From: Eledone cirrhosa
Lineage: Eukaryota
Direction: 5' to 3'
DNA length: 64,000 bases
Assembly: GCA_964016885.1 (NCBI GenBank)
Contig: OZ024742.1
Span: forward strand, 368,466,001-368,530,000
Within the stretch, counting starts at the first letter, position 1. The number at the start of each line of letters is the position of its first letter. This document shows, piece after piece, positions 43,222 through 56,577 of this stretch. The notes beneath the pieces were generated by a model. It was not told where the DNA came from. It worked only from the letters and a program-made list of their open reading frames with translations, and did no database searches. The translations under genes and the position numbers were made by a program.

Positions 43222-43299
43222 TTATTGATTCGATAAATAGATATAAATATATATATATATACACACACAAACACACATATAATATATATATACACACAA

Positions 43300-43394
<95 letters not shown>

Positions 43395-43547
43395 TTTGTA
43401 TTTCTAGCTAAACAGTTACAAGTTTCAAACTGACTTGAAGGCGTGTCCAGATGTGTTTTCACGTAATAGTTAACGCAATCATACTGTATCTGATACTATT
43501 TATATATGTATGTATCTATCTATTAATATATCATAGATATATCATAT

Positions 43548-43765
43548 ATGGCAAGAAATGTGCAAGCATGGGAAGTCTTAACAGACACAGAACCCACAGT
43601 CAATACCAAGCAGTGGAAAGTCGCAGAGGAGCTAATAGTTGCCATGTGTGTGGCAGAGGGTGCAAGACTTTGGCCGGTTTAAAGAGCCACATTCGTGCCT
43701 CACATTTTTGAGCATTTTCTCGAGTGATGGCAATACTCGAACGCAAGTTTGCGGCCATCATACAG
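43548..43765 (+). pseudogene. 3' fragment of a LINE (RTE-like) with C2H2 zinc finger
   Basis: GKKCASMGSLNRH...CHVCGRGCKTLAGLKSHIRASH*, followed by a short tail. 5'-truncated at an AT-rich run. Confidence 0.55.
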
Positions 43766-44186
43766 GCTATGCACAATTTTATTATCGGTACTGGCAATAT
43801 TTATTACAGTACTGTTGAAGTACGTATACGTGTTTTGGGGAGACCCTGTGTGTATATATATATATATATCATATGTGTGTATATATATATATATATATCA
43901 TATGTGTGTATATATATATATATATTTCTTTTATTTGCCACTAGGGCATCAAAAGTGGGACAAGTACAAAGGGGGGAGTTTACACAAAAAGGCGTCCTCA
44001 ATAAGGAGGAGGCAATAACAAAATATAAAAATAAAATAAGATATAACAAAAAATAAAATTTTTAACAAAATCCTCAATAGAGAGGAGGCGCCTTGGGGGG
44101 TCGCACACACCCCCGAAAAAAGTGTGCAACCCTTCTCCTCAGGAGCACAGAGAAGGGGTGCTCCCTTGGTCTTTCATCTTCCTCAC

Positions 44187-47100
44187 CTATAGTCTGATGT
44201 AGAGTGAAGGCCCATTCACACGGGCCATTCTCGCCACTTTCACCCATCTTTCATAGAAACGGCTGGGCTGCAGCACCTCTCTCTCCATCCTGATCCTTCT
44301 TCCGAAATGATATCGGAAGAAACGGACCAGTTGTTGGCCAGAGAGAAAGGTGCCCGACCTCAGTCCTTTCAGACGCGTCCACCATACAACCTCTTTCGCC
44401 ATGGCTATTACGCACAGAAACACCGCCTCTGCTTCATCTTTGAAGGGGGGAGGCGGCTTGATCATTACAATAGACTCGGTGGTCAACCGGATCGGTCCCA
44501 CCCTTGACAGCAGTTGTTCGACATAGCCCCACAGATCGGCTACGCCCGAGCAGTGTACTAATGCGTGTGCAACGGTTTCCTCGTCGCACACGCATCTGGG
44601 ACAGATCTTTTTGGCGGGGTCCCTACCCGGGCGCCCGTGTCTGTAGAGCCTTTCTCGAACGGGTAAAGCCCCTCGGTAGCACTGCCAGGCCAGGGACTTC
44701 TGGAAGTTGTCCATAGGTCCCGGGCTGAATGTCCTACCGAACAGGCTGGCCAGTTCGTCCTCCTCCATGTCTAGGGCTTCTCCGAGGGCGTCGTCGCACC
44801 TGCTGCGCACCAGCCCTCTATAGAATGTTGCGGTGGAGTCTCCACTGATAACCGGATCCGCCTGCCAGAGGGCGGTGAGCGCCTGGGCACACTCAGTGTG
44901 CCAGGCGCCCAGTTTTCTCGGTCTTTGCTTGACCCAGGATTGCAGCTCGGTGAGTGAGACGAGTCTGGGAAAGGTTCGTCTCACAAACGAGGCCCACACC
45001 GGTTGTCCGGTGAGGAATACGTAGAGGTGCCGTAGCCTTAATGCGTGTTTACGCATCATTAGCCACGGCATCCCCAGCCCTCCTTTCGAAGGGTGTTGAC
45101 AGCAGATGGATCTCCTCACCATAGGAGCCCGCCTCTTCCAAAGGAATTGGAAGAGCGCGCGCTCCATCTTGGTGAGGGTTTCCCTTGGGCAGGGCACTAC
45201 GGTCAGGCGGTAGTAGATGACGGACGCTATGTAGGTGTTCGCCACCTCCGCCCGACCTTTCAGGGATAGTTTGCAACTGGCCCACTTCTGGGTCAGTGCA
45301 AACACCCTGTTCGTAACCTCCGCCCAGTTTTTCTCCACCTGGAGGTCCGGTCCGAACCAGACCCCGAGCAACTTCACCGGGCCCTCCGTCCAGCGTCCGA
45401 CGACGCTATCGGAGGGCATCGGTCTGCCCCTCCACGTGCCGAGTTGCAAACCGATCGACTTGTCCCGGTTCAGCTTAGCCCCTGTGAACTTTTCGTACTC
45501 CTCCAGTAAGGTGCCGACCGCCTCGATTTCGGAGGCCGTCGACACCATTACTGTCACGTCATCGGCGTAGGCCGACACCGCTTTCCGCAATCCCGGTTCC
45601 AAAGGGATGCCCTGCAACAACTCCAACTTCCGCAGTAGTGGCTCGAGAGTCAACACATACAGAAGGGAGGAGAGAGGGCACCCTTGTCGGATGGACCGCG
45701 CGATTTTGAACGGCTCCGAGAGGTAGCCGTTCACCTTGACCCTGGAGCAGATGCGGCTGCTGTGCATAGCAGTGATCCAGCCCCTGAAAACGGGTCCGAA
45801 GCCTGCCGCCGCTAGCACCGCATCCAGGTAACCATGGTCGACCCTATCGAACGCCTTAGATTGATCCAAGTTGATCAGAGCCCCACCAAAGCCGGGTTCG
45901 TTCCCAACCCTCTCTATGATGTATCGCATGAGGTGGAGGTTGTCATGGATGGACCTGGACGGGATAGCGCATGTCTGCGCATCTCCCACCAGGTTGCCCA
46001 CGACAAGCGCCAACCTCTTTGCTAGCACCTTGGCCAAAATCTGTAACTCTGTATTTAGCAGTGTTATGGGCCTGAAGTTACTTATTTCGTCCCCCTTGTT
46101 CTCGTCCTTCCTCACTAGCGTGACTACGCCCTTGGTCACAGTACAGGGAATTCTCCCGTTCTGTTGCCAGTTGCAGTAGACCGCCTCGAGGAGATCGGGG
46201 AACAAGTCCGGCATAGCTAGATATAATTCGTAAGGAAGACCATCGAGACCCGGGGATTTGCGTTTGCCGCATTGGCTCAGCACGTCCTCTATCTCAGCGG
46301 CCGAAATCGGCTCCTCGCAGGACTTCGCCTCCCTGTCCGAGAGGCGCGGCAGGCCGTCGAGGTATGGACCGAAGTCCACGTTCCCAACCGGCTCCCCGCC
46401 CCTCCCGAACAGTCGGGCAAAGTGCCTTTGAAAGGCCTCACACATCTGCTTAGGCTCAAGAATCGCCCGTCCATCCAGGTCTTGCAAAGACCGGATGGTG
46501 GATTTAGTTCCACTGTTGGCCTCTGTCACGCGGGCCCAGCTAACAGCTTTGGTCCCCTCGTTCCCTAGAGCACGTATTTTACTTCGGACAACGCAGCCTT
46601 CGTGCTTCGCGTCGAAAAACTGGCTCAAAGCCGTTCTCGACGCTAGCACTCTGGCCACGTCGCCGCTTCTAATTGCCTCTTCTACTCTATCTATTAGCTC
46701 CCTTTCCTTCCTATTCCTATCCGCAGCTAGAACCTTACTAAATTCTATCGAGACTACTCTAATCTCTCTCTTTGGAGATACCCATCACCTGCTGTTGACG
46801 ATCGCTCCAGTCAACCGTTCCTTAACTAACGTACTAATCCGATTCCTGTAGGCTCTACTTGCCGGCAAGGACAAGTTGAGCTTCCAGTAACCGGGGCCCT
46901 GTCTATGAGTTCTGTCAAGGTTGACCATGCAGGTCACTAATTTGTGGTCTGAATAGCCAACAATGCGCATTTTTGGACAACTTAAAAAGTCCTTATCCTT
47001 AATTCTAACTAAGAACCTATCTAGGTACGACCTAGATGATCCGCTACGATTTGCCCAAGTCCAGGTTGGCGCAGTCGGAAAATCTAGTCGATATCTATCG

Positions 47101-47624
47101 GCCAGGTCAAATCGACCGATTAACCCTTTGAGGCTATTACACCCCTCTCTATCGGGGCAGGCCCCTACGTAGTCCCAGCGTGCATCTAGGATACCATTCC
47201 AGTCCTCCACTAATAGCAAGGAGCGGGACGTCCCTAGAAAAGTCTCCAGACGATGGAAGAAGTCCGGCCGCATTGACCCGAAAGGGCCGTAGGCGGCTAC
47301 CAACCTAAACGCTCCGCCTTTACCACTGCCAAGGTCCAGAACCACTAGTCGACCCTCCGGGTACAAATGTACCATCTGTGTTGCGAGACCCAGATGTTTT
47401 TGCAGCAGAACGACAACTCCACCCCCACCTCCGGGCTGACAGAGAGATGCGTGCATCTCAAAGTCATCAAAGGTGGGGGCCAGCTGTCGCACGTTGCTGA
47501 TCCGGGCCTCGCAAATAACCATCACATCTATACGTTGTGACCTGAGGTCATTTAGAAGCATTGCTTGCTTCCAAGTTGAGCCCAGGCCACGCGCATTTAA
47601 ACAGCCTACTCTTAGCATAGCCAT
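44187..47624 (-). pseudogene. ORF2: APE endonuclease + reverse transcriptase, one in-frame TGA at 46785-46787
   Basis: CLNARGL, DWN, YLDRFLV and YSDH (APE); KSPGLDG, NFRPITLLN, LDQSKAFDRV, RQGCPLS and AYADD (RT); CPRC...ETVAHALVHC. The two ORF-track pieces are in the same frame. Confidence 0.93.
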
Positions 47625-47648
47625 GTTGGTGGTGAAGAGAAAAGGCAC

Positions 47649-49437
47649 TTACCTCTCTGCGTCCCGGGTATCGGGCTGCACAATTTCCATTAGGGTGGGG
47701 GATGGGTTGTTGGGTGGGGTGGTGGTTTGTGGAAGTGTGTGGGCATCAGTGTGTTGTGTGGTTGGGGAGCTTGGAGTTGTGAGGGTGTTTGGGGAGGGGG
47801 TGGGATAGTTTTTTAGGAGGACGCGGTTAATGGGCCCGACGCAGGGGGGACCCACGTCCTCTTTAAAATTGTTTTTTAAAGTTTTATAGGTGTCCTGTGG
47901 GGCCTTAATCATTTTGAGGTGGGGGAAATCCCCTGCCTGGGTGAAGTTAGGCCCTTGTGTTTTTATTAGATTGTTGTTGTACACAATGTTTAACAGTTTT
48001 TTGTTTCTTGTATTTATGTATGTGTATGCATGTTTTTGTTTTTGTGTGGTGTTTTTTGTTTGCTGTTGTGAGCTCTTTTGTGTTGGTGTCAGTGTTATGT
48101 TTTGGGGAGGGGTTTTTTTCATTTGTGTGTCTGAGGTGTGTTTTCTTTTTTTTCTTTTGATTGTGTGGAAGTGCTCCTCCTCGTCTGACGACGAACTAGG
48201 GTCATCTTCCGCGTTGGAGGGGAGGGGTATATTTTCGGGTTGTGTTTGCGGTACGGGTGTTTCGGAAATTGTTTTTGTTTTTTGAGTGGAGGGGATGGGT
48301 CGGACATTGTTTTGTTTTGGTTTGAGCTGTGGTGGTTGTTTTTGTAGTGGTAGTTGTGGTGATTGTGTTGGTTGTGCAGTTGTTGGTGGTGTAGGCAGGA
48401 TTGGGGTTTTCTTATTAAGTTGGGGACAGACAGCCCTCAGGTGACCTCTGGTTCCGCAGAGGTAACACGAGGGCCGTCTACCCTCAACGGTAATGTTGAT
48501 GAAGGTTAGATCATCCAGTATGACGCGTTCAGGGATCTGGGCGATCCTTTCGGGCCTCATTTGAACTACAAGTTCGAGGCTCGTTCCACTGAACGCGTCA
48601 CCCGATGCCTTTCCCATGGACACCAGCATGTCATCCTCCAGGTCCAGAAAACCTGTCAAAACCCACCATATGTCCATAATCGGCAGGATGGTGTGGATTT
48701 TTATTTTTTGTGTTCTTCTACCCATGTACGTAGGGTAGAAGGTGTATGCGGTGGATGTGATTGGTTTGATGGACAGTTTCACTGCTGTGTCCCTGTCCTT
48801 CATGAGAATGGATAGACTCCCGTAGAGTCTATCCTTCTGAATGAAGGTGATGTCCTTCATGACGTCTTTTAAAACCAGCTCTATCTCGCTCTGTGATGGT
48901 TGAGCTGGTTTTTTACTTTTGTTCGAGATTGTCCTAAACATGACCGTGTTTAGGAGTCTCTGGCTTTTTAGTTCCGGGGGGGAATGGATTGTGAATGAAC
49001 CATTTTCCCCGTACACTATATATTTTTTCGCATCCGCCAGTAGCTCCTTCGCTTTTTGTTATATCTACTGGCAGATAGTCGAGGGTTTTCCTTGTCGTCT
49101 CGGCGAAGGAGAAATTTTGTTTGTTTGTGTTGTTGTTGTCGTTGGTGGTGTTGTTGTTATCATTGTTGTTGTTGTCACCGTTATTGGTCTTGTTGTTGTT
49201 ATTGTTATTGTTATTGGTGTTGTTTTCGTCCGTCGCATTGTTGTTGTTGTTGCTGTTGCTGCTGGTTCTTTGGGTTGTTGCCATGGCAACGTCAAGTTGT
49301 CGGTTAACAGGTGGAGAGAATTCTTCCTCTGGCTGACCTATCTTCTTGACCTCTGCTACTGTGACAGTGGCAGGGGGAAGCTGTAAGTTCATCTTCCCCT
49401 TTCCTCCTTCGAATTTTGGTGAAGAAGCTTCGGCCAT
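47649..49437 (-). pseudogene. ORF1 (gag-like, CCHC zinc knuckle), frameshift near 49020
   Basis: CYLCGTRGHLRAVC knuckle. The N-terminal part (MAEASS..., Asn-rich) is in a different frame. Confidence 0.85.
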
Positions 49438-49669
49438 TTAAAAAAATATTGACTTTTCAACAAGAAAAAACTTTTTTTAACTATTTCGCCTAAAGGCGTA
49501 GAATATTTTGAGAGACTGACCAGATCAAAGTTTGACCTGGCAGTCCCTCTACAAAATGGTACAAAAATTAAAGTTATCAGACAAGAATTTCTATAGAAAT
49601 TTAAACAGAACTTACTCAGCAAGTTATACGCGTGTGTCCATCCCAGAGATAGATAGAGAGATGTATATA

Positions 49670-50002
49670 TATATATCATAAAACATGTCTATAGAATCAC
49701 AAGATAAAATATATACTATTTCCTCTCCCAATTAGCATAATTAACTATATAAAAAATCAAATAGACCAGGCTATAAGAATGAGGCTTCTATGAAGAAATC
49801 TCCGACAAAGAACCAAAACTAGCCCTTCGCGTCGGCCGTAGCGGAATATTTATCGAATATTTCGACAGCGTAATCGCCCAGATACAGTCAACTAAACAGA
49901 ATTAGGTCTATTCGATTTTTTATATAGTTAATTATGCTAATTGGGAGAGGAAATAGTATATATTTTATCTTGTGATTCTATAGACATGTTTTATGATATA
50001 TA
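49670..50002. repeat. Fold-back: ~97-bp inverted repeats (49670-49767 / 49905-50002)
   Basis: Near-perfect reverse complements with a 137-bp spacer. Confidence 0.88.
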
Positions 50003-50096
50003 GCTCTGATTATTTAATTTATTAATTTTTCATTGAGCCACAAAGTGACCAGTTGCAAAACACGTATATGTATATATATGTATATATATATGTAAA

Positions 50097-50167
<71 letters not shown>

Positions 50168-50254
50168 TTATATATATATATATAGTTATACTTGGGGAGG
50201 GTCATATTTGTGTAATATTGCCAGAATTAATAACAGAACACACTCACTGGTCTC

Positions 50255-51600
50255 ACATGCAATAGGGGCTAGTATCAAAACTACCCTAAAGGGCCACATA
50301 TTCAAGTTCAACGAGAAGATCTACACCCAAAATGAGGGAGCAGCCATTGGCGTCAGCATAGCTGGTGATGTTGCAAACCCTTTTATGGTATGGTGGGAAA
50401 GGAAACTTAAAGTTCTCCATAGACCTCATCATTTACTCTCGTTACGTAGACGATATCAATATAGTTATAAGAACACCCTCACTAGAGAGCACTAACAAGT
50501 TTGATTTAGAACGTAGCACAATGGAAAGCATCCAGCAGATAGCTAATTCCATACACCAGAGTATAACTGTAACTATCGACTACCCTTCCAAACACCCTAA
50601 CAATAGACTACCTGTATTAGACACGGAACTCTGGATTAACACTATAGACGAGAGAGCCCAAATTCTCCACTCACACTATGCTAAACCCATGGCCTCCAAA
50701 TACCTGATACTCAAAAACTCAGCAATGTCCAGTAGTGTTAAGTTTAATATTCTGATCGCAGATTTGGTACGAGTGATGAAGAATGTGTCCCGCATGTGCG
50801 ACCCAACAGAAATGGAAAGACACATCCAACACTTCATCAACCGCATGCAGTTCTCTAGCTAGAACCAAAGAGACAGAATCAGAGTATACGAAGGAGCCAT
50901 GGAGAAGTATAAGACCCTCATAGAACTGGACATGAAAGGAATTTTCCCACTATACAGCAGCAAATCCTGGAATAGCTTAGATAGGGCCAGACATAATATA
51001 GGGAAAGCCACCTCATGGTACGACAACCAGAGATACTAGAGTGTCATGTTTGTGGATGCTACCCCTGGAGGGAAATTAGCTTACCAGTGTAGAAAGGCCC
51101 TGAAAAAGACCCACTTAAAGGTTAAGGTGGTAGAAAAGCCAGGAACCACCATAAAATCCCTGATCAGCAAAACCTACCCTTTTAAGAAAACCCACTGTAC
51201 CAATAGGAAATGTATCATATGTAAGGTAAACCTCCGGATAAACTGTAAAACTAGAAACGTAGTCTATAGCATAAGATGTACAGAGGGTACTTGCAGAAAG
51301 ATGACAACAACATACATAGGCGAAACAGCTCGTAGCATAGGTGAAAGGATAGACCAACACTGGGGGGAATTAAAAGGACGAAAAAACGGGTCAGTACTAT
51401 ACGAACATGCCAGACAACAACACGACGGTAACATAGACAACATAGAAATTAGAATAATATCTAAACATAGAAATGACCCAGCAGATAGGCAAATCAGAGA
51501 GGCCAGTGAAATAGAACTTAGAAGGCCAAGACTAAACAGAAAGAATGAATGGAATAACAACAACACCCAAACAAACAACACTGACCTAAGAGAAGTATAA
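50255..51600 (+). pseudogene. PLE reverse transcriptase + C-terminal GIY-YIG endonuclease (frameshift and stops)
   Basis: FKFNEKIYTQNEGAAIG, YSRYVDDI, LPVLD, HYAKP; linker CTNRKCIIC; NVVYSIRC...YIGETARSIGERIDQH...REASEI...PRLN. Confidence 0.9.
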
Positions 51601-51882
51601 ATAAATAAATAAATAAATAGATAAATTAATAAATAAATAAATACATACACAAGCACAATAACAACAAACACATAAACACACACTAGTAAACATAGAATAT
51701 ATTAACCAATACACAGTCACCCAATCACGAACACACATCAAACAAAACACTATACACACACGCAAACGCATGCGCAAAGAAGACAAAATAAAATAAACAA
51801 ACAAACAAATAAATAAATAAATATATAAACAGACTAAATAAAGATGGCGTAGAAATACAATGCAACGGGAGGAATATATAGC

Positions 51883-51924
51883 ACCACTGACGATGTTGCA
51901 GATGTGCAACGAAAGAACTTTGAT
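51883..51924 (+). ncRNA. Hammerhead ribozyme motif in PLE 3' region
   Basis: CTGACGA-T-GTTGCA(gatg)TGCAAC-GAAA-GAA-CTT; stem I is weak (ACCA/TGAT). Confidence 0.6.
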
Positions 51925-52206
51925 AAACTATATATATGTGTTTGTGTCTATATTGTATCTGTATTATTTTTGACCGTTGATCAGTCAATGGCAATATTGA
52001 GGACCGAATAAATTAGATTACCGATATAAAAGACACAGAAGCGAAAAGCGAAAACCAACCAAACAGTGAGTGTGTTCTGTTATTAATTCTGGCAATATTA
52101 CACAAATATGACCCTCCCCAAGTATAACAATATTTGTTTCGACACACGATTTCATATAAAAAACCTCGCAAAACTAATTAGTCACCGTTATATATATATA
52201 TATATA

Positions 52207-52392
52207 GGGCGGTGGATTAGCAGTATCGGTAGAGGGTCGGACGCCATGCTTTCCAGCATAGTTACGTCCCTTTACGATCTGATTTCAAATCCCGCCGAGG
52301 TTGACTTTGCCTTTCATCCTTACGGGGTCGATAAAATAAAGTACCAGTAATGCACTGGGTAATTGCTGGCCTTGTGCCTAAAGTAGAAACAG
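52207..52392 (+). mobile_element. tRNA-derived SINE (family B), full length
   Basis: Matches 40022-40212. Confidence 0.85.
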
Positions 52393-52472
<80 letters not shown>

Positions 52473-52487
52473 TATATATATGCATAT

Positions 52488-53180
52488 ATACAAAGTGTTA
52501 AAACTATCAAATTTTAGTTTAGAACATTTATTACCTGACAATTGTTTCTTCCAGAGGGAAGTCTGGAATCATCAGTGCCAATGAATGTCGAAACATGTAA
52601 CTAGAATCCTAGTCATTTAGAACATGTAGGGTACATAGTTGTTATTAGTGTCAAAGGCATCATGTGGAGATTCAGGAGTTAAAAAGATGTTCTGCTTGAA
52701 AGAATACAATTACAGGCAGCACTGGTTGGAAGTATAATAGGTATAAGTAAAAGTAAAAAGCAAAAAATATGTTTATTTCAACCTTCATACATGCCATATT
52801 GATGGTATTAACTCCTGCATTGTACACCAATTGTTCCTCCTTATAACTTCTTTCCCTGTGTTTTTTGCTTGTGTTTTTTCTTTGCTTGTGCTTTTTTTTG
52901 CTTGTGCTTTTTACTTTTACTTATACCTATTACACTTCCAACCAGTGTTGCCTGTAATTGTGTTCTTTCAAGCGGAACATCTTTTTAACTCCTGACTCTC
53001 CACATGATGCCTTTGACACTAATAACAACTATATACCCTAAATGTTCTAAATGACTAGGATTCTCGTTACATGGTTCGACATTCATTATGCTCCGATGAT
53101 TCCAGACTTCCCTCTGGAAGAAACAATTGTCAGATAATAAATGTTCTAAACTAAAATTTGATCGTTTTAACACTTTGTAT
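52488..53180. mobile_element. Non-coding fold-back element (arms 52488-52762 / 52905-53180) with a hammerhead motif in each arm
   Basis: Diverged reverse-complement arms. Left arm, minus strand (52533-52578): CTGATGA-TTCCAGA(cttccc)TCTGGAA-GAAA-CAATT-GTC. The right copy (53091-53133) has core CCGATGA. Confidence 0.8.
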
Positions 53181-53290
53181 CTCGGCTCTGTAAAACACTT
53201 GACAATTTGCATCGAGCCTTTTGTCATACCGGTTACCGGCTAATACTTGGTACTACCCTACATATGTATAGTTATATCAAACATATATAA

Positions 53291-53326
<36 letters not shown>

Positions 53327-53461
53327 GCATATATATATGTGCCTATATATATATATATATATATTTATATATGCATATATATATATGCATATATATATAT
53401 ATATATGCATATATATATATATATATGCATATATATATATATATATGTGCCTATATATATA

Positions 53462-53537
<76 letters not shown>

Positions 53538-53904
53538 TATGATATATATATATATATATATATATGTTGTATTCCTCTCGGTACTCGCAGAGAAAACACA
53601 ACGAGTTATATCAAATAATTTGTGTAATTTGCGAAACAACCAAAACGCCCCTCCTCGCAGTAGCCGAATAACATAAAGTAAGTAATCTGTGACCGAGTTT
53701 TTAACACCAACGCTGACCGACTGCCCAGGTCACGTGACCCATATGCAAATGTGTGAGCACGTGCAAACCGAACAAAACGAATTTAACAGTCCATACAACA
53801 ATGAGGTTGTGAGTTCGATTCCCAGTACATACAATACCTCCCCACCGAAATTGATGCGACAAAAGAAGCATCAACAGCAAAGTCTCTCTGGGGATTTACG
53901 AGTT

Positions 53905-56466
53905 CTCTTGGACACATTGGATATTGGGCGCTCGCTTCCATCAGGATAGCGATGAAACAGGACTGCTCCAATACCAACGTTTGACGCGTCGCAAGCCAGT
54001 CCCAAAGTTTTGTTTGGATCGAAGTGTATCAGAACTCGATCCGATGAAAGCACATTTTTCAACTGATCGAAAGCTGACTGTTCTTCATCTCCCCACTTCC
54101 AAGTAGTCGTTTTTTTAGTAAGGCAATAGAGTGGCTCTACCATGATGGCCAGGTTTGGGATAAACTTTCCATGGAACTGAACTGAACCCAGGAAAGACTT
54201 CAAGCTTGAGACGTTCGTTGGAGGTGGCATCTTTAAAACTGTTTCGACCATGGATCCCTTCAGCCGACAAGGTGTGTCCAAGGTATTCCACACTGGGTAG
54301 TGCAAACTGGCACTTGTCACGGCGACATCTGAGTCCTTTGTCGCACAGACGTGTGAGCAGACACTTTAGGTTGTTCAGGTGATCGTTTGCATCTTTCCCA
54401 CTGACGAGCATGTCGTCCTGGAAGACGGCCACACCAGGTAGATCTTGAGTCAGGTTTTCCATGATCTCCTGAAAGTAACCAGGTGCTGACTTGATTCCGA
54501 AAGGGAGTCGTTCCTGCAGGAGCACCCCACGGTGAGTGCTGAGTGCAAGCCTGCGTTGACTTTCTGGAGCCAGCTTGATCTGATTATAGGCATCAGCAAG
54601 ATCAATCTTTGTGTATCCGAATCCACCTCCGAGCTTCTGCATCAGTTCCTCTGGGAGTGGCATTGGATGACGATGATCTGCAAGTTGGTCATTAATTCCC
54701 ACAGAGTAGTCACCACAAATCCGTAGTTTGGGCTTCAGGTTGCCTGAAGTATGTGCTTTACGAATCGGTACCACTGGTGTTCCGTATTCGTTGAACTGTA
54801 TTGGCTTCCAGATTCCTTTGGCGATGCCTTCTTCGTAACCTTTGGCCAGGTCATCACGAAGAGCAAACGGGACCGGGCGTGCCTTGTGAAAGACCGGTGT
54901 CGCGTCCGACTTGAACTTCACTTCCAATTCGAAGTCATTAAGACATCCCAATTCTTGCTTGAAGAGATCTGGGAATTCATCACACATGTTGTGACAATCT
55001 CGTTGCATGGAAATATAGAGCTCATTTGAGGTCTTTGGATGCATCACTTCTGCACCCTCACTCTTGGTCTGGCTGTCTATGCTTTTCAATCCTAGAGCAT
55101 TGTCCACGGAAATTCCCAGAGTCTGGATAGCGTTTCGTCCCAGCAAATTAAGATCAGGGATCTTGGTGATGATGTAGGGTATTGAATTCCGTTTACCGGT
55201 CGTTGGATCCTTGGTTTGGCCTATGAAAGTTCCCAGAACGGGCAGGTTGTGCTTGCTGGCAGATTCAAACCGATGTTTGACATCTTGCAGCTTCGGTTTT
55301 CCTAATTGTTTCCAAACTGACAAGGAAACAAAATTGCCTGTAGTAGCTGTGTCCAATTCCATTGTGAAAAGTCTGTTCTGGATTGTTATTGGCACATTCA
55401 AACTATGAGTATCGTGGGGAACTTCACCAAGGATCGCCTTGACTAGCTCAGCTTTCGTGATTCTTTTCACGTAATTCAGTGAGCGATGATTACGTTGCTG
55501 ATGCTGTTTCTTTCTACACACCGCTTGCAAATGTCCCTTTTTGTCACAAAAATGACATTTGGCTTCTTTGAAGGGGCAGTCTGTCGCTTTGTGGGCCTTT
55601 CCACATCGGTAGCACATCTCCTGGTCTGTGGAATAAGACTGCTGATAGTTCTTTCGAGGACCCTTGTTCTTGTTCTGCTGGACCTTGTAGACTTGCTTGG
55701 TTTTGGAACCGTAAACAGTTTCCTTGGCAACCTTTGCTGCGTCTTCGGTCCCGGTGGCAACTTTGACAGCACGGGCGAAATCTAGTTCTGTATCCTTGAT
55801 CTTGAAAATAGCCTTCAACACAGCTTCATTATTGACAGAACATATAAATCTCTGTCTTAGAGCTTCATCTTGTGGATTTGTGATCGAAGGAAAATCACAG
55901 GTAGCTGCATCCTGACGTATACGTGCTGCCAGCTCCTGGAGAGTTTCGCCTGGCTTCCGTTGCATGTCACTCCAGAACTTGAAACGTTCTCTCACAATGA
56001 AAAGTTTTGGGTCGAACTGTTCATTCATAAAATCAACAATTTCGTCCATTGTTAACTTGTTGATATTCTTAGGCGGATTTTGGTGAGCAGCTAGATTTGC
56101 AAGTTGTTTGTAGATAGCCACCGTCTGATTAGTCAGGAACACTTGTGCCATGCGTTGCTCGGGTACAGCGTTAGCAGCCACAAACGTGCAGAATCTTGAC
56201 CAGTAATCAGGCCATAGTTCTGTTGCTGAATCAAAAGCAGCAAATGGTGGGATGAATGCTGTTGGTGTCGAAGCAACTGGCGACGCCAATAAACTCTGTT
56301 GTTCAGAATCTCGAGCACCAAACAGTTTTATCAGAGTGTCCATATCTTTCTTGTGTTGTTGCATTTGTTGTTCCTGTTGTTGCATTTGTTGTTCCTGTTG
56401 TTGCATTTGTTGTTCCATCTGTTCTCTAAACAACTTTATTAGCTCCGCTGTTTGTTGTTCCGCCAT
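53905..56466 (-). pseudogene. gag-protease-RT-(partial RNase H) polyprotein, frameshift near 54255
   Basis: CYRCGKAHKATDC and CHFCDKKGHLQAVC knuckles, protease ELDTA, RICGDY, KIDLADAYNQI, RLPFG, FQDD, YLGH, LACDASNVGIGAVL. Breaks off after ERPISNVSK. Confidence 0.92.
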
Positions 56467-56488
56467 GTTTTTGTGATAAACAATTTCC

Positions 56489-56577
56489 CGGCAATGTAGG
56501 TAAATCCTATCGGCAATGTAGGTAAATCCTATCGGCAATGTAGGTAAATCCTATCGGCAATGTAGGTAAATCCTATC
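56489..56577. repeat. 22-bp tandem repeat x4 in Gypsy 5' leader
   Basis: CGGCAATGTAGGTAAATCCTAT repeated four times between the PBS and the gag ATG. Confidence 0.9.

Larger units (their letters stand above)
43925..49645 (-). mobile_element. L1/Tx1-clade non-LTR retrotransposon, near full length
   Basis: ORF1 (zinc knuckle) + ORF2 (APE, RT, C-terminal CCHC). The 3' end AATAAAAGAAA abuts (AT)n. The 5' boundary is approximate. Confidence 0.92.
50185..52128 (+). mobile_element. Penelope-like element, 5'-truncated, with a 65-bp inverted terminal copy (50185-50249 / 52064-52128)
   Basis: RT + GIY-YIG remnants, hammerhead in the 3' region, inverted tail copy at the 5' junction, (TA)n flanks. Confidence 0.9.

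Noticed and set aside
43548-43711. Host C2H2 zinc-finger gene
   Set aside because: Only one and a half fingers, no TGEKP linkers, abrupt 5' truncation; fits a LINE 3' end better.
46785-46787. In-frame TGA as selenocysteine or readthrough
   Set aside because: It sits at a probable Trp-Trp position of L1-type ORF2, so a simple TGG>TGA change is more parsimonious.
49850-49905. Minus-strand GTCGAAATATTC hammerhead-like half
   Set aside because: No CUGANGA core at the required position.
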